Below are positions 19,146 to 31,700 of a DNA stretch of 64,000 nucleotides, piece after piece. The notes under the pieces were generated by a model. The model did no database searches and was not told the origin of the DNA. It saw only the letters and a list, made by a program, of their open reading frames with translations. This stretch comes from an uncultured Bacteroidales bacterium (lineage in GTDB: Bacteria; Bacteroidota; Bacteroidia; Bacteroidales; Paludibacteraceae). The position numbers were made by a program, and so were the translations under genes. Location of the stretch: positions 10,840-74,839 of the forward strand of contig CALCUH010000034.1 in the NCBI GenBank assembly GCA_937907165.1, in the 5' to 3' direction. How positions within the stretch are numbered: position 1 is the first letter of the stretch; each line of letters starts with the position of its first letter.

Positions 19146-19492
19146 AACATTTTCTTTTATCTACAAAATTAACATATTTCAGCCATATAGTCGGAAGATT
19201 ATCAGAAATAAAATAATCAACCCACAAACTCTTTCATCAAACCCAAATATCATTCCATAACAGGCATACAATGATTTTGTATATAACTAATTTACAACCA
19301 CTTATAAGTCATCATCTCAAAATAACATATTAATTTACAAAAGTCACATATTATGTATTCTCTTTCATGATGTAAAATTATAATCCTATAAACCAACACA
19401 ATAAACAAAAAATAAATATTTATTCTAAAAAAACACACCTCAACTATTGCAAGAATGAACGAATAGCTGTATCTTTGCACCGCAAATTTGAT

Positions 19493-19569
19493 GGTGGGAG
19501 TAGCTCAGTTGGTTAGAGTATCAGATTGTGGTCCTGAGGGTCGTGGGTTCGATCCCCATTTCCCACCCA
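19493..19569 (+). tRNA. tRNA-His (anticodon GTG)
   Basis: Hand-folded cloverleaf. G(-1) pairs with the discriminator C73, which is the His hallmark. Acceptor GTGGGAG/TTCCCAC, D-arm GCTC/GAGT, anticodon loop TTGTGGT, T-arm GTGGG-TTCGATC-CCCAT. Confidence 0.9.
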
Positions 19570-19580
19570 AAGAAAGGCGG

Positions 19581-19615
19581 AAGCCGCATTCAATTGAATG
19601 CGGCTTTCTTTTTTC
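19581..19615 (+). terminator. rho-independent terminator after tRNA-His
   Basis: AAGCCGCATTC-AATT-GAATGCGGCTT (11-bp stem) followed by TCTTTTTTC. Confidence 0.85.
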
Positions 19616-19727
19616 TTACAGAACTGGATCAAGAACAAAACAATTTTCCCGTCACATATCAAAAATATCGAGATATTCGTGATTTGGGACAAAAAATAAT
19701 TACCTTTGGCATAAGAAAAGCAATAGA

Positions 19728-21368
19728 ATGAAATCCAATCATAGAAATCCGTGGTCATGGGTTCCCTCCCTCTATTTTGCGGAAGGCATACCCTACGTAA
19801 TCGCAGCCACCACATTTTCGCTCATCATGTATAAGCGGCTCGGGCTTTCCAACGCCGAAGCAGCGTTATACACAAGCTGGCTCTATCTGCCTTGGGTAAT
19901 AAAGCCATTTTGGAGCCCGTTCGTCGACATCATGAAGACAAAAAGATGGTGGATCGTCGCCATGGAATTACTGATAGGCGCAGGTTTGGCAGGCGTCGCG
20001 TTCTGCATTCCACTCCCCTTCTTCCTACAAAGCACTTTAGCCATTCTGTGGCTTGTGGCCTTCAGTTCCGCCACACACGACATCTCCGCCGACGGATTCT
20101 ACATGCTGGCTCTCACAGAGAACCAGCAATCGCTCTTTGTCGGCATCAGAAACACATTCTACAGAATCTCCATGATTGTGGGACAAGGAGCCTTGACAAT
20201 GTTAGCCGGACACCTCGAAAACACCACAGGGCTCGCTCCTGTCGTCATAAAAGTGACGAACGACCAAAACCAAACAGCGGACGGAGGATATGTCCAAGCA
20301 GACGGACAAGGTTTTTCATATGCGTCACAAATAACATTTTCTGAAGCCGCGACGAATACGGAGACGGGGAATGAAGCCACTTGCACCATCAAACTCTCCC
20401 AAAAGCCAGAGAAGGAGATTGTACTCAACTTCAGGCAAACACAAGGAGGGAAAAGCATCGCACTAGTAGGCGACGAAAGATTCACATTCAATCAAGACAA
20501 TTGGGAAGAGCCCGTTACCCTAACCTTCCAAATCGACCCGAAGGAGAAAGATACCGTCTCTTCCGAATTCACAGGATCGTCAGGCGACATACCTTTCGCA
20601 TGGAGCATCACCTTCTTCATCTGCGCAGGACTATTCATCGCCTTGGCGTTATACCATTCACGCATACTTCCTAAACCGGACAGCGACAAGAAAGCGCAAG
20701 ACAACAGCTCCGTCAAGGCATTCTTCTCCTCATTCGGCAGTTTCTTCAAAAAAGACGGCATCAAGTTCGCCATCGCCTTCATACTCCTATTCCGATTGGG
20801 AGAAGCGCAACTCACAAAAATCGCCTCTCCATTCCTTTTGGACCCCATTCAAAAAGGAGGATTAGGATTGTCTACAGAAGAGATAGGCATCGCTTACGGT
20901 ACCGTCGGCGTGCTTGCCCTAACGATAGGAGGCATCTTGGGAGGAATCGTGGCAGCCAAGGACGGCCTACGCAAATGGATATTCCCCATGGCATTATGCA
21001 TGAACGTTCCTAACCTGCTCTACGTCTACATGTCGGCCGTACAGCCCGACAATTACCTACTAGTCTGCACGATGGTAGGCATCGAACAGTTCGGTTACGG
21101 ATTCGGGTTCACCGCCTTCATGCTCTATCTCATCTACATCTCAAGAGGCACCTACTCCACCTCCCATTACGCCATCTGCACAGGATTCATGGCACTAGGC
21201 ATGATGCTGCCAGGCATGATAGCCGGATGGATACAAGAACAAGTAGGTTACACGAACTTTTTCATCTGGGTATGTCTGTGCACCATACCTGGGCTCTTGC
21301 TTGTGAAATTCATGGAGATAGACCCTAAGTTCGGAAAGAAAGAAGAGAAAGAACCGGAACACCAATAG
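19728..21368 (+). CDS. ampG: AmpG-family MFS transporter with a ~120-aa insertion between TM5 and TM6
   Basis: 546 aa. The N-terminus WSWVPSLYFAEGIPYVI...LPWVIKPFWSPFVD is typical of AmpG. The soluble insert lies at about 20225-20590. Confidence 0.75.
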   Translation: MKSNHRNPWSWVPSLYFAEGIPYVIAATTFSLIMYKRLGLSNAEAALYTSWLYLPWVIKPFWSPFVDIMKTKRWWIVAMELLIGAGLAGVAFCIPLPFFLQSTLAILWLVAFSSATHDISADGFYMLALTENQQSLFVGIRNTFYRISMIVGQGALTMLAGHLENTTGLAPVVIKVTNDQNQTADGGYVQADGQGFSYASQITFSEAATNTETGNEATCTIKLSQKPEKEIVLNFRQTQGGKSIALVGDERFTFNQDNWEEPVTLTFQIDPKEKDTVSSEFTGSSGDIPFAWSITFFICAGLFIALALYHSRILPKPDSDKKAQDNSSVKAFFSSFGSFFKKDGIKFAIAFILLFRLGEAQLTKIASPFLLDPIQKGGLGLSTEEIGIAYGTVGVLALTIGGILGGIVAAKDGLRKWIFPMALCMNVPNLLYVYMSAVQPDNYLLVCTMVGIEQFGYGFGFTAFMLYLIYISRGTYSTSHYAICTGFMALGMMLPGMIAGWIQEQVGYTNFFIWVCLCTIPGLLLVKFMEIDPKFGKKEEKEPEHQ

Positions 21369-21573
21369 AAGAGGATGCGTACAAGCGCTTGCTTCCGACA
21401 TTATTCCTTCGGGCGGACAAATGTTCATTCCGAACGAAAAAAGAGCGTCACGGGCAGCAAATTGCCCAACACGCCCAAATTCCGGGAAGAGACGTGCGAG
21501 CACTCATCGAAGCCCATTATAAGGCGTATAAACGACGAAGTATAAATATTTCATTAACAATAAAAGATCCAAT

Positions 21574-22305
21574 ATGAAAGCGATAATCATGGGTGCCACA
21601 TCCGGCATCGGATTGGAAGTGGCTAGGATATTAAACCAACAAGGATATGAACTGGGAATAGCCGGTAGAAGGACCGACAGCCTCATGAAGATAAAAGAAG
21701 AACTTCAAAACGTGAAAGCGTATGAGTCCATAGACATCACCCAAGACGATGCGGGAGAAAAACTCATGAGCCTCATAGAACGTCTTGGCGGCATGGACAT
21801 CTACTTTCACAGCTCAGGCATCGGATATCAAAACAAAGAATTGGACACTGAGTTAGAACTCATGACCGTAGCGACCAATTGCGCGGGATTGACAAGGATG
21901 ACAAACGCCGCATTCAAGTATTTCTGCGACAACAATAAAGAGGGGCAGATAGCTGCTATTTCCTCCATTGCGAGGACAAAAGGCATCGGCTTAGCGCCAG
22001 CCTATTCCGCCACGAAAAGATTCCAAAGCACCTACATCCAAGCGTTGGCGCAACTGACGCGAACGAGAAAGGCGAAGATATCATTCACAGAAATCCGTCC
22101 GGGATTCGTCGACACAGCTCTTCTGAAACATCCATACCCAATGTTGTTGCAACCACAATTCGTGGCAGGAAAAATCGTAAAAGCGATTCAAAAGAAGAAA
22201 AGGGTCGCAACCATCGATTGGCGCTACAGACTCGTCGTTTTCGGATGGAATTTAATTCCCGATTGGATTTGGGAGAGAGTGGATTTGGCGAAATTTTCCA
22301 AATAA
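21574..22305 (+). CDS. SDR-family oxidoreductase
   Basis: 243 aa. GATSGIG cofactor motif and YSATK catalytic motif. Confidence 0.9.
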   Translation: MKAIIMGATSGIGLEVARILNQQGYELGIAGRRTDSLMKIKEELQNVKAYESIDITQDDAGEKLMSLIERLGGMDIYFHSSGIGYQNKELDTELELMTVATNCAGLTRMTNAAFKYFCDNNKEGQIAAISSIARTKGIGLAPAYSATKRFQSTYIQALAQLTRTRKAKISFTEIRPGFVDTALLKHPYPMLLQPQFVAGKIVKAIQKKKRVATIDWRYRLVVFGWNLIPDWIWERVDLAKFSK

Positions 22306-22335
22306 AATTTTTCAAATAGATTCCGAACATCAAAA

Positions 22336-22372
22336 TTAGGGCGGTCGTCACCAAGAGAGACAACCGCCCTAA
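22336..22372 (+). terminator. stem-loop after the SDR gene
   Basis: TTAGGGCGGT (22336-22345) pairs with ACCGCCCTAA (22363-22372). Confidence 0.55.
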
Positions 22373-22400
22373 CTTTGTAATATATCTCTCGCCACACTTC

Positions 22401-22437
22401 GCAAAAAGAAAAAAGGGAATGACAAATCATTCCCTTT
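22401..22437 (-). terminator. rho-independent terminator of giant gene 1
   Basis: In the minus-strand RNA, AAAGGGAAUGA-UUUG-UCAUUCCCUUU (11-bp perfect stem) is followed by UUUCUUUUU. Confidence 0.8.
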
Positions 22438-22459
22438 CCCATAAGCTATAAACAATCTA

Positions 22460-22700
22460 TTAATGATCAATCTTAACGATTTCAATCGTACCATTCATCA
22501 CAGAACCGTCAATCATCACGACAGTATAGAAGTAGACACCCGGATCAGCCATATGCCCCTTATGGGTACCATCCCAACCATTTTCGCCTTCGAATACCTT
22601 CTGCCCGTAACGGTCGAAAATCACAACAGGGTGACGCTCCATAAAGATATCATTAAAGCCATCCTTCTCATAAGGAGTAAAGGCGGTAGGTAATTTAGTA
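22460..22700 (-). other. type-B T9SS CTD (gliding-motility-associated C-terminal domain, TIGR04131-like) of giant protein 1
   Basis: The pattern FTP..DG.ND.F...I.F(D/N)R(Y/W)G..VF....GWDG...G.....G.Y.Y matches the family consensus as I recall it. Confidence 0.8.
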
Positions 22701-25700
22701 ATCACATCCACCCTAATCAAACTACTTGCTGAAGATGGACAAACTCCATCATCAATCGTCACATAGTAATAAGACGTGTCAATAGGAGAATCTTCAATGT
22801 AAGAAAGACTAGACGTTCCAATGAAGAGAACCTCATCCTTTTCATCTTCCAACGTTACTCTTGTAGTATCAGAATAGAAGTCGTATTCGTATTCGGCCGT
22901 CTTGTAATCATAGAATTCGCGGTCAAAACTTCCCACAACTTTATACCAAGTTGAAGTGATATATGGATACTGTGTCTTCAAAGTCAACAACGCAGTTTCT
23001 CCCTTCCAGATACGAGTCGGATTGGAAGGCTCTGTCTCCACGAGAATACTATCAGGAGCATAACGCTGATGGACATCCAAGACGATGGAATCATGGACAT
23101 AATACTGATCGTTCTTATAGAGTTCGTATTTTTCCACAGACCCGAAGAACTTGATCGAATCCTCCAACTTATCTCCAGAAAGTTTATCGTCACAGAACAT
23201 AAACAAAGAATTAGAAGAAAGCGACTCACCACATCTATTCTTAGCCACATAGACCAAAGAAGCGTTGTTGTACTCTTTCATCAATACTCCGTTCGTGCTA
23301 TCAGCGAAATCGAAAGGCTCTCCATTCAAAGTCCAATAACGTTTAGTAATAGGAGCCCCCATCTCAGCCTCGCAACGTACCTTTGCATCCAAATCAATCA
23401 TATTACCCTCACATTCATGCATTGTACTATTATCAATGCGTACACGCGGCATCTCCGCGATATTCACATAAGCCGTAGCCGTATCACTACAACCTGTAGT
23501 AGTATCCATCGCAACAAACGTATAAGAGCCGCTTTGACTATTCTTCGTCATACGAGTCACCGCCTCAAGAGCAGCCTCATGAGAGCCATACTTTTCTGCA
23601 AGGCTGGAGAAGAGAGAACGATACGTGTATGAATTGTCACTAAAGATCAAGTTTTTAACGTCAACACTGTCGCCCTTATAATAATCGAAACTGAAAACAC
23701 TCGGGATTCGGCGGAAAGAGCCATCAATTCGAGGGAACAATACAATACCGCTGGCGAACCTCACCTCAGAATTCGACAATGAGAAACGAGTGCCTTCGTA
23801 AACACAAGTATCAATATTCTTTGCCGTCAACTCCACAATTGTCTCCGGATGTTGGACTTGGACAACCCTAGACAAACTATCGACATTGTCACATTTATCA
23901 TATGCGTAAAACCAGACACGGGTCGTTTTATTGATCCGCGTACCAGCAGATGGCACTTGTAAGATCCTGATATCATTATCCGAGCAATCGTCGGAAACAA
24001 GGGAGCGAATATCCATGACCATGTCAGGTACACCGAAGATACATTCTTTATAATTTTTAGCCAATACAGTATCTCTCCATCCTTCCGGAACATTAAACTG
24101 AGGTGAAGTAGTGTCACGAACGGAAATCACTTGTTTGAACACAGACTTATTTCCACAACGATCGGTAGCTTCATATTCTCTGACGATATCATAATTAAAA
24201 TATTCGCAAGCTGACGGATCATTACCCCTATCATTCGTCTCCCGGATAGTAACCTTCGGACTAGGATCACAATTGTCGGTCGCTGTCAGAGTGGCGGCAG
24301 GTGCGATCGTATCCGTACAAGACACCGTAATGTCTTTAATCAAGTCAGACTGGATAACAGGAGCAATCGTATCCTTCACATAAAGAACCTGATCGCAGGT
24401 GATGTCATTATGTCTGAAATCTTCGACATGATAGGTTCTCGTAAAGGTCATCACACAAGAGTCTCCCTCATACCTATCTTCATAAGAGAACGTATTAGGC
24501 AAAAGTTTCGTCTCGTTCGTAAAGGAACCACCAGCAGCTTTAAACGCCTCGTAATCCGCATACGGTGCAGGAACATCCTCCACGCAAGCGAAGACTTTAC
24601 CATTCAAATCCTCAGGACAAACCAAATCCTCGATCAGCCAATCCTCGACAAGCACAACCTGTTCACACTTATGTACATTTTTGGAAGAATCAGAGAATGT
24701 CCATGTAATCACAACAGGATTACCTAAAGAGAAATTAGATTTCAGATCCAAGCCATCGCTACGAGTTCCAACAGCCTCCAACAAACCATCGCAAGCATCC
24801 TGAATAGAAGGAATGTAAAGACCGCCAGCCTCCACTTCGTCGTAAGAGACCTCCGTCTCCGAAATCGAAGTCATGGTGATACGCACCTTAATAGTATCTT
24901 GTAACGTGTCACAAGGGAATTGAGGAGGGAACGTGTCCTTCACCACAACATTCTGCGGGCAACTCTTGCTGTTGATGCTGTAAGGACTAGTAAAGGTCCA
25001 ATCCACGACAGTCACACCCCTCGGATAGAAATCAGTCAGAGCGAGTGAATCACGTCGAACACCTACGCCTTTCACATCCAAGCCCGTGCATGAATCCTTA
25101 GCGACAGGAACATTCAAATCGACACTACCCTTAGGCAACTCACATTGATCTAATGCCAAATAGAGAATCGTGTCCGTCAAGGAAGAACAATCGAAGATAG
25201 GTTCAGCTGTACCCTTCACAGTGACAGTCTGATCACACTCCTTCGCCACAGCGTTCAATAATGTGTCTTGGAAAATCCAATGTATCTTCAAAGTCTCGCC
25301 AACCTTCGCGATTACCGTCTCGACAGGAACACAATCCGTAACATTCGAAGAGATTGTGTCGTCGAATGGAGATATGACATCACATACGAACGCTCTGCCA
25401 TGCACTTCCTTACCAGTACAAGAATCGATAGCGACATGGTCACCCAAGAATGCCACAAATTCTTCTGAAGAGACCTCACACTCACCATCCTTAGCAACAA
25501 GAAGTGTGTCTTTCAAAACAGAACAGTCGAAATCAGGAGCGACGGAATCCAAGACAAGGAATCCCTGATGGCAAGTGACAATCTGACCGAAGAAGTTATA
25601 ATTCCAATAAACAGTATCCGGACCCACGGTGAAATTCTCATCCATCGTTTTGCCAGACCACCTTGTCAACGTAGGCGTAATCAAAGAATCGGAACAAAGA

Positions 25701-28700
25701 TCACGAACCTCTGGCACAGAGAAGTTAATCTCCTTCCAAGAAATCTCGCAATCGGTCGGAGGAAGTATGATCGTCGTGTCCGGCATGTTATTACAATCAA
25801 CCGGCATCTTGTTCACGTCTCCGACACTAACCACAGTATAACAAGTATCCACATTCTTATACATGGTACCGGACTTGTCTGTAAACACCCAAGTCACCAC
25901 CGTAATACCAGTACGGAACGAATCTCTGAACGCTCTACTATCAGAACGGTAAGGCACACCCCAAATGGTATCCACCTTAGATTGTTCCGGACAAGGATGC
26001 AAAGCGAAAGGTGTTTTCAAATCCACCGGAGTAAAGCACTCACCCTCCTCCACATCAACATGGACAGTATCTCCATTCACATCTGAACAATGCAAATCCA
26101 ATTCCTGCTTCGTCAGAATAGTTAAATTTTGGATACATGTATCAGCCAATGTAGAGAACGGACTGACAAATATCCAACGGATTTGTGTGGTTCCGACAGG
26201 ATATTTACCATACAACGGACCATAATCCATTCTGAAGCCGACGCCCTCAATAGAATCACCCGTACATGCATCTAAGGCATAAGGGGTAGGAATATCACGC
26301 TCGCCAAGAGTAGTATCACATCCCTCAATCAAAATGGTATCACCCTGCAAAGAGGAGCAATCAAAGATAGGAGCCTGATCTCCGATCACCAATAATTTTT
26401 GAGAACATGTGTCAGCTATTTCATTAATGGTCTCGTCTATAAATATCCATGTAAGCACATGATTACCGACAGGCACCGTAAACGAAGAAAGTCTTGACAA
26501 TTCACGTCCATCTTCAAGATAAACACGTCCATCTATCTTTTGCTTATTACAAACGTCCTCAGCCTGAGGCCATGGATTAGGAAGAGAATCGAACACCGCA
26601 CTAGCGTTAACGTAGCACTTGCCAGGGATGGATGGAACAACCAAATCGCTGAGGTTGTCACAATCATAGATAGGCGCCATACTATCTTTCACCGTAATTA
26701 TCTGGTCACAAACGAACAACTGGCCTTGGAAAGAATAAGACCATCTTACCGTATCGACACCGACAGTAAACGGATCCGCCTCAATCACAACAATAGTGTC
26801 AGTGCCGGAAAGAGTTGTTTTAGCCGTCAAGTTCTTACCAGAAGACCTTGTGACCACAGGATCGATGATATTGTGAGAACATAAATCAACCACACCAGGA
26901 ATCTGTATCTCCATCTCTTTCCAAGAGATTTCACAATCATTAGGACTGAGACGATACACCGCATCAGGATAATTCTCACATTTAACAGGCATCTCGTTCA
27001 CATCACCGACACGTACCCACTGAGAACAAGTGACAGTATCATGCAAAATGGTAGCGGAAGTATCGATGAACGTCCAAACGATTTCGGACAATCCAACATA
27101 GAAGGAAGAATCCATAGACATGCCGAACCTTCTTGACGGTACACCCCAAATGGTATCCACACCAGATTCTTCTGGACATGGATGGAGAGCGAACGGCGTT
27201 TTAATCTTTTCCTTCACTTTAGAAGCGTCCACTGTACATTCACCAACAACCACATCAACTGCGATAGTATCTTTATTCAAAGCATCACAATCGAATATCA
27301 TCTCCAACGAGGTCTTAACTACGACATCTTGGTTACATGTATCACTGATAGACTCGGTGAAATCGGTGAATACCCATTGTATGGAAGTGACACCTAATGA
27401 GAACGGAGCGTCAAGCTTATTGTTGTCGGAACGGGTTCCCACACCGACCCTCCAATACTCAGGACTATTTTCATCGACGATACATGGATCTGCGACTTTC
27501 GGCGTGTCGATAACAAACACCAACGGATCGGTAGGACCGCAATCATCCAAAGTATCTCTTCTAGTAGGAGTCAAGACATCGCAATCCATATCGAAATGCT
27601 TATTACCGCGGATGAATACATCCTGGTCACACCACAACGTGTCATGCAAATTCCATGGGCTGACGAACATCCAATCGATATGTGTATGTCCAGTAGGATA
27701 ATCAGACTTCAATGTAAGGCTATCCGAGCGGAAACCTACCGCCTCGAATGTGCCACCGAAGCCTGAAAGCACAGCACAAGAATCAATTGCGACAGGAACA
27801 TGGAGTCGCAAACTATCCGCCGTAATTCCGCAAGTTCCAGCCTCCGCATACGCTACAGTGTCCTTTATTGTATTACAATCAAAATCAATATCATTCAAGT
27901 GGGATGGCAAAATATACTGAGGACAAGTCGTTTTATTATGATCCTCATCTTCAAACATCCAAATCAACTTATAAGTGATACCTACCGACATCGTGTACTC
28001 CTCAGGAAGTTCAATATCACCATTCAGCGTCAATACACCTGGAATGGAATCACCCGCACAAGCGTCCCACGCCTTATAAGCCAACTTATCCAAAACGTCA
28101 CGCTTCAAGTTTCCGAATTCAACTTCACAATCACCCTTATATGCTTCAGGACGCAAAGTGTCAGGATCGATGTCATCGCAATCGAAATATGGAGGAGTGA
28201 AGTCATGCACGGTTACCGTCTTTTCACACATCACACTATTTCCAGACCTATCTGTGAAAATCCAACGAAGGAGCGTCAATCCCTTAGGGAAAGGATCCAC
28301 ATCCCACTTACGTGATACACCATCGGCAACTTTTGTCGAATCATATGTATAACCCAATGTATCCGTTCCACTCACTTGAAGCGTGGAATCAATAAAGTAA
28401 CGTTCCACAACAGGATCCATCCATGTAAGGCCAGTCTCCGCAAGATAATCGTCACACTCGTCGTAAGCTTTCGGCTCACGAATGAGCGCCTTCACATTAG
28501 CAGGCGCAATGGCACAAATGTCACCATCCACCGTCAAATGAATATCAGGATCGACACCGCAATCCTCCAATACAGGAGGAATACTATCATCGACGGTCAA
28601 ATTCATCGTACAAGTATCCATGTTACCCGCCTTATCGGTGTATATCCAATGGAACGTATGAGTTCCCACAGGATATTCGACGGACAATAACTCATCGTTG

Positions 28701-31700
28701 TAGTAAACTGAGAAAGAACCATCAGGCGCATAAATCTTCGCCACAACGGTCGGATACAAATCTCCGTCACAAGGGTCAGTCACCTTCATACTCTCTGTCG
28801 TCGGCAACTGGAGATCCTCATAATTCACGGAACAAACCACACGAGCCGCAACATGCTTAGTTGGTGGAGGACAAACAGCGGAAGGATCCGGAGCTGTCGT
28901 GTCACGGATAGTCAACATCTGATCGCACTGAAGCTCGTTGCCCGACAAATCGGTAAAGGTCCAAACAATGTGATATGATGTATCTTTTCTAAACGATTCA
29001 TACAAATCGACAAATACGGTATCTCCCGGCAACATCACGTGAGGAACGCCCGGTATGTCACCATCACAATCATCAATAGCGATATGGAAACCTAATGCGA
29101 CCTTCGCCATTTCCTTTGTAGCCGCACACATATCCGCAGGCAATTCGATAACCACCTCAGGCATTCTTCCGCAATCGGCATATACCGGAGCAGTTCTATC
29201 TTCAACAATCACCTTCTGCGTACAGACTGTCGGATTACCGGCAGCATCTTTAAACGTCCATGTGATGATGGTTGTACCTCTTGGATATGCGTCATTAAAC
29301 AAATCCTTTCCATCGCTACGGACGCCCTCGCCAGGGATAGAACCTCCCGTAGGCGAACAAGCATCGTCTGCCGCATAAGGAATCGCCAAGCCAGCCTTCT
29401 TTACAGTATTAGCGGATGCTTCACAATTCGTTTCGGTCTCAACGACGATGTCACTCAACAACGAGCAATCGAATGCAGGTCCCGTCGTATCCAACACGGT
29501 GATGACCTGTTCACATTGGCTCACATTCCCGGAAGCGTCGGTCACATACCATGTCATGATTGTGGTGCCGAGCAATAACGGATCGGTCAATGCGATATCT
29601 GCCGTTATATCATAATTCCAATGTCTGTTCCAAGTAATGGTGAAATCACTTGGATCGGAATAACAATTATCCTTTACATTCAAATCATCCAAAGTAGGTT
29701 TCTTGAACCATGGAATCTCCTCCACAGGAACGACGCACTGATCATTCGCATAGAATGTGCCCGAATTATTCCAATCACCGCAATCCAATGTAGGAGCGAT
29801 GGTGTCGACGACGTTCACATACAACACACAACTATCTTGTTGCAATCCGTCCTTCTCATTTTGGAAACGATAAACCAAAGTATAGACACCCCTTGTCAAA
29901 GTAACGTTCATGACAACATCCTCGAAATTATTCTTCACCTTGACAGGTAACGTTGTACATGTATAGGAAATGTCAGGACACTCAAACGACTCCGTTCCAC
30001 CACTTCCAAACCACCTAGCAGTAATCACCTTAGAAGATGCCACATCCTCCGCCGTATAAGGGTTTTTCACTAACTTAACGGATGTGCCTGTCGAATCAAG
30101 CAACTCCACCTCATACGGATAGCCCAAATACTCTTTAACCGTAGTCAAACTATTAGAGACGTCCAAAATAGTCTCGTCGTTACCATTGCTAGACCATTCC
30201 TTCCACTTGTTCTCCTTAGATTTGCTGAACTTATCCCAATCATTAGTCAACTGGTCGCATAAATAATCGAGTGTTAATTCCTGTTGGTTTGGACCAACCT
30301 TGATGGTGTGCATTCCATTAAGTTCCATCAAGCGGTCTGGGAAATACTGAGCAGCAAGCGTACACTCCTTATCGAAGTGCAAACCACCGATAACGCAATA
30401 GCGGAAATTGAACCATGCGCCCTCTTGGTTCACCGGAATCATAGCGGTAGGCGTCAAAGAATTTCTCAAAACAAAATTCGCGCTGCAATTATTGTCCGCA
30501 TACAACACAGTGTCAACCTTAGCGGGACAATCAGGCACAGGGGTAGTACCCGCCGTCACAATAACCGTTTGGGAACATTGCGACTCGTTACCGCTCATGT
30601 CAATAAAGGTGTAATTAATTGTGGTCAAACCGATACCGAAGCGGTGTTTCTCCAAATCGCTCGCCTTGGTGATGTCCATTTTCACGGTTTTCCCCTTATC
30701 GTCAGGACCTTCCAAAGTCATCTCGACGATAACGTTATCGTCACAATTATCCTTCACCTCATTAGGCGAAATCATACGAAGTTTACCGCTTTCGAACGCC
30801 TCCTTCAACGTACCCGTATAGAGATAAGTCTCAGGACCATGTTTCTCCTCGACATCATCCTTCGTCGCATAAGTCAGATATTCGAATCCCTTGTTCTTAG
30901 GTTTGTAAGAATTGGCGGTCACACGAATGGATTGCAACAGGGAGCAGTCGAAATAAGGAGCCTCCATATCACGTACCGTGAAATTCTGGATACAATCCTC
31001 AAAAATATCACTGGTCGGATCATTCAGCTTATAGAAACGCCAACGTATTTCATAAGAGTGGTCGACAAGGAAAATGATATCATCGAAACGATTATTAGGG
31101 ACAGCCTCGAATTCGTCGTCCATGACATCCCTATAGAATACGAACCTCTCCAAGTTCGGTCCGACCGTACAAGTATCCTTCGCCGTCGGCAGCTCCTTCA
31201 TTTGAGCCACCAAGCCGTTCAATGACAAACCGCAGAAGCCTTGCTTATTCGCCACCTCTCCGATAGCCTCCTCCGGACATACCACATTTGGTTTCCTATC
31301 ATCGATTACCTCAACGGTCTGTATACAGAACGAGGCGTTACCTGAAGCGTCCGTAAATTGCCAAAGTATATAAGTGAGACCCACCAAATAATGATCATTC
31401 AACGCCACCTTATCGTCAAACATAGAAGCGGCATTGGGAACATAACCAGGATTGTATAGACGACCTCTATATACACCTGTCACAGAGCCGTCCACACCAT
31501 TCGCATCCTCCAAGACAGGAGCTTTCAATGTAGGCAAAGAGGTGTGATGGAAATCTGGTGTCGCATCACAACCCTCCTGCAAAGAGAGTTTCGTCGTGTA
31601 CTTTGGAATTTCATCACAAGGCACACTCGGAGGGGTCACGTCTTTTACCACGACAACTTTCGTACAAGTCGCATAGTTGCCACAACCGTCGGTTACCGTA

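Noticed and set aside
19493-22305. tRNA-His as an integration site for a genomic island containing ampG, the SDR gene and giant gene 1.
   Set aside because: There is no integrase or recombinase gene, I found no direct repeat of the tRNA 3' end downstream, and the composition looks uniform.
30284-31225. Long plus-strand ORFs antisense to the giant genes (30284-31225, 313 aa; 32606-33343, 245 aa; 50320-51189, 289 aa; 55180-56268, 362 aa; and many of 60-190 aa).
   Set aside because: They lie entirely inside uninterrupted 10-11-kb minus-strand ORFs that have clear domain content. Their translations are low-complexity (rich in R, H, I, T) with no motifs. Long antisense ORFs are expected by chance opposite long genes with this codon bias.
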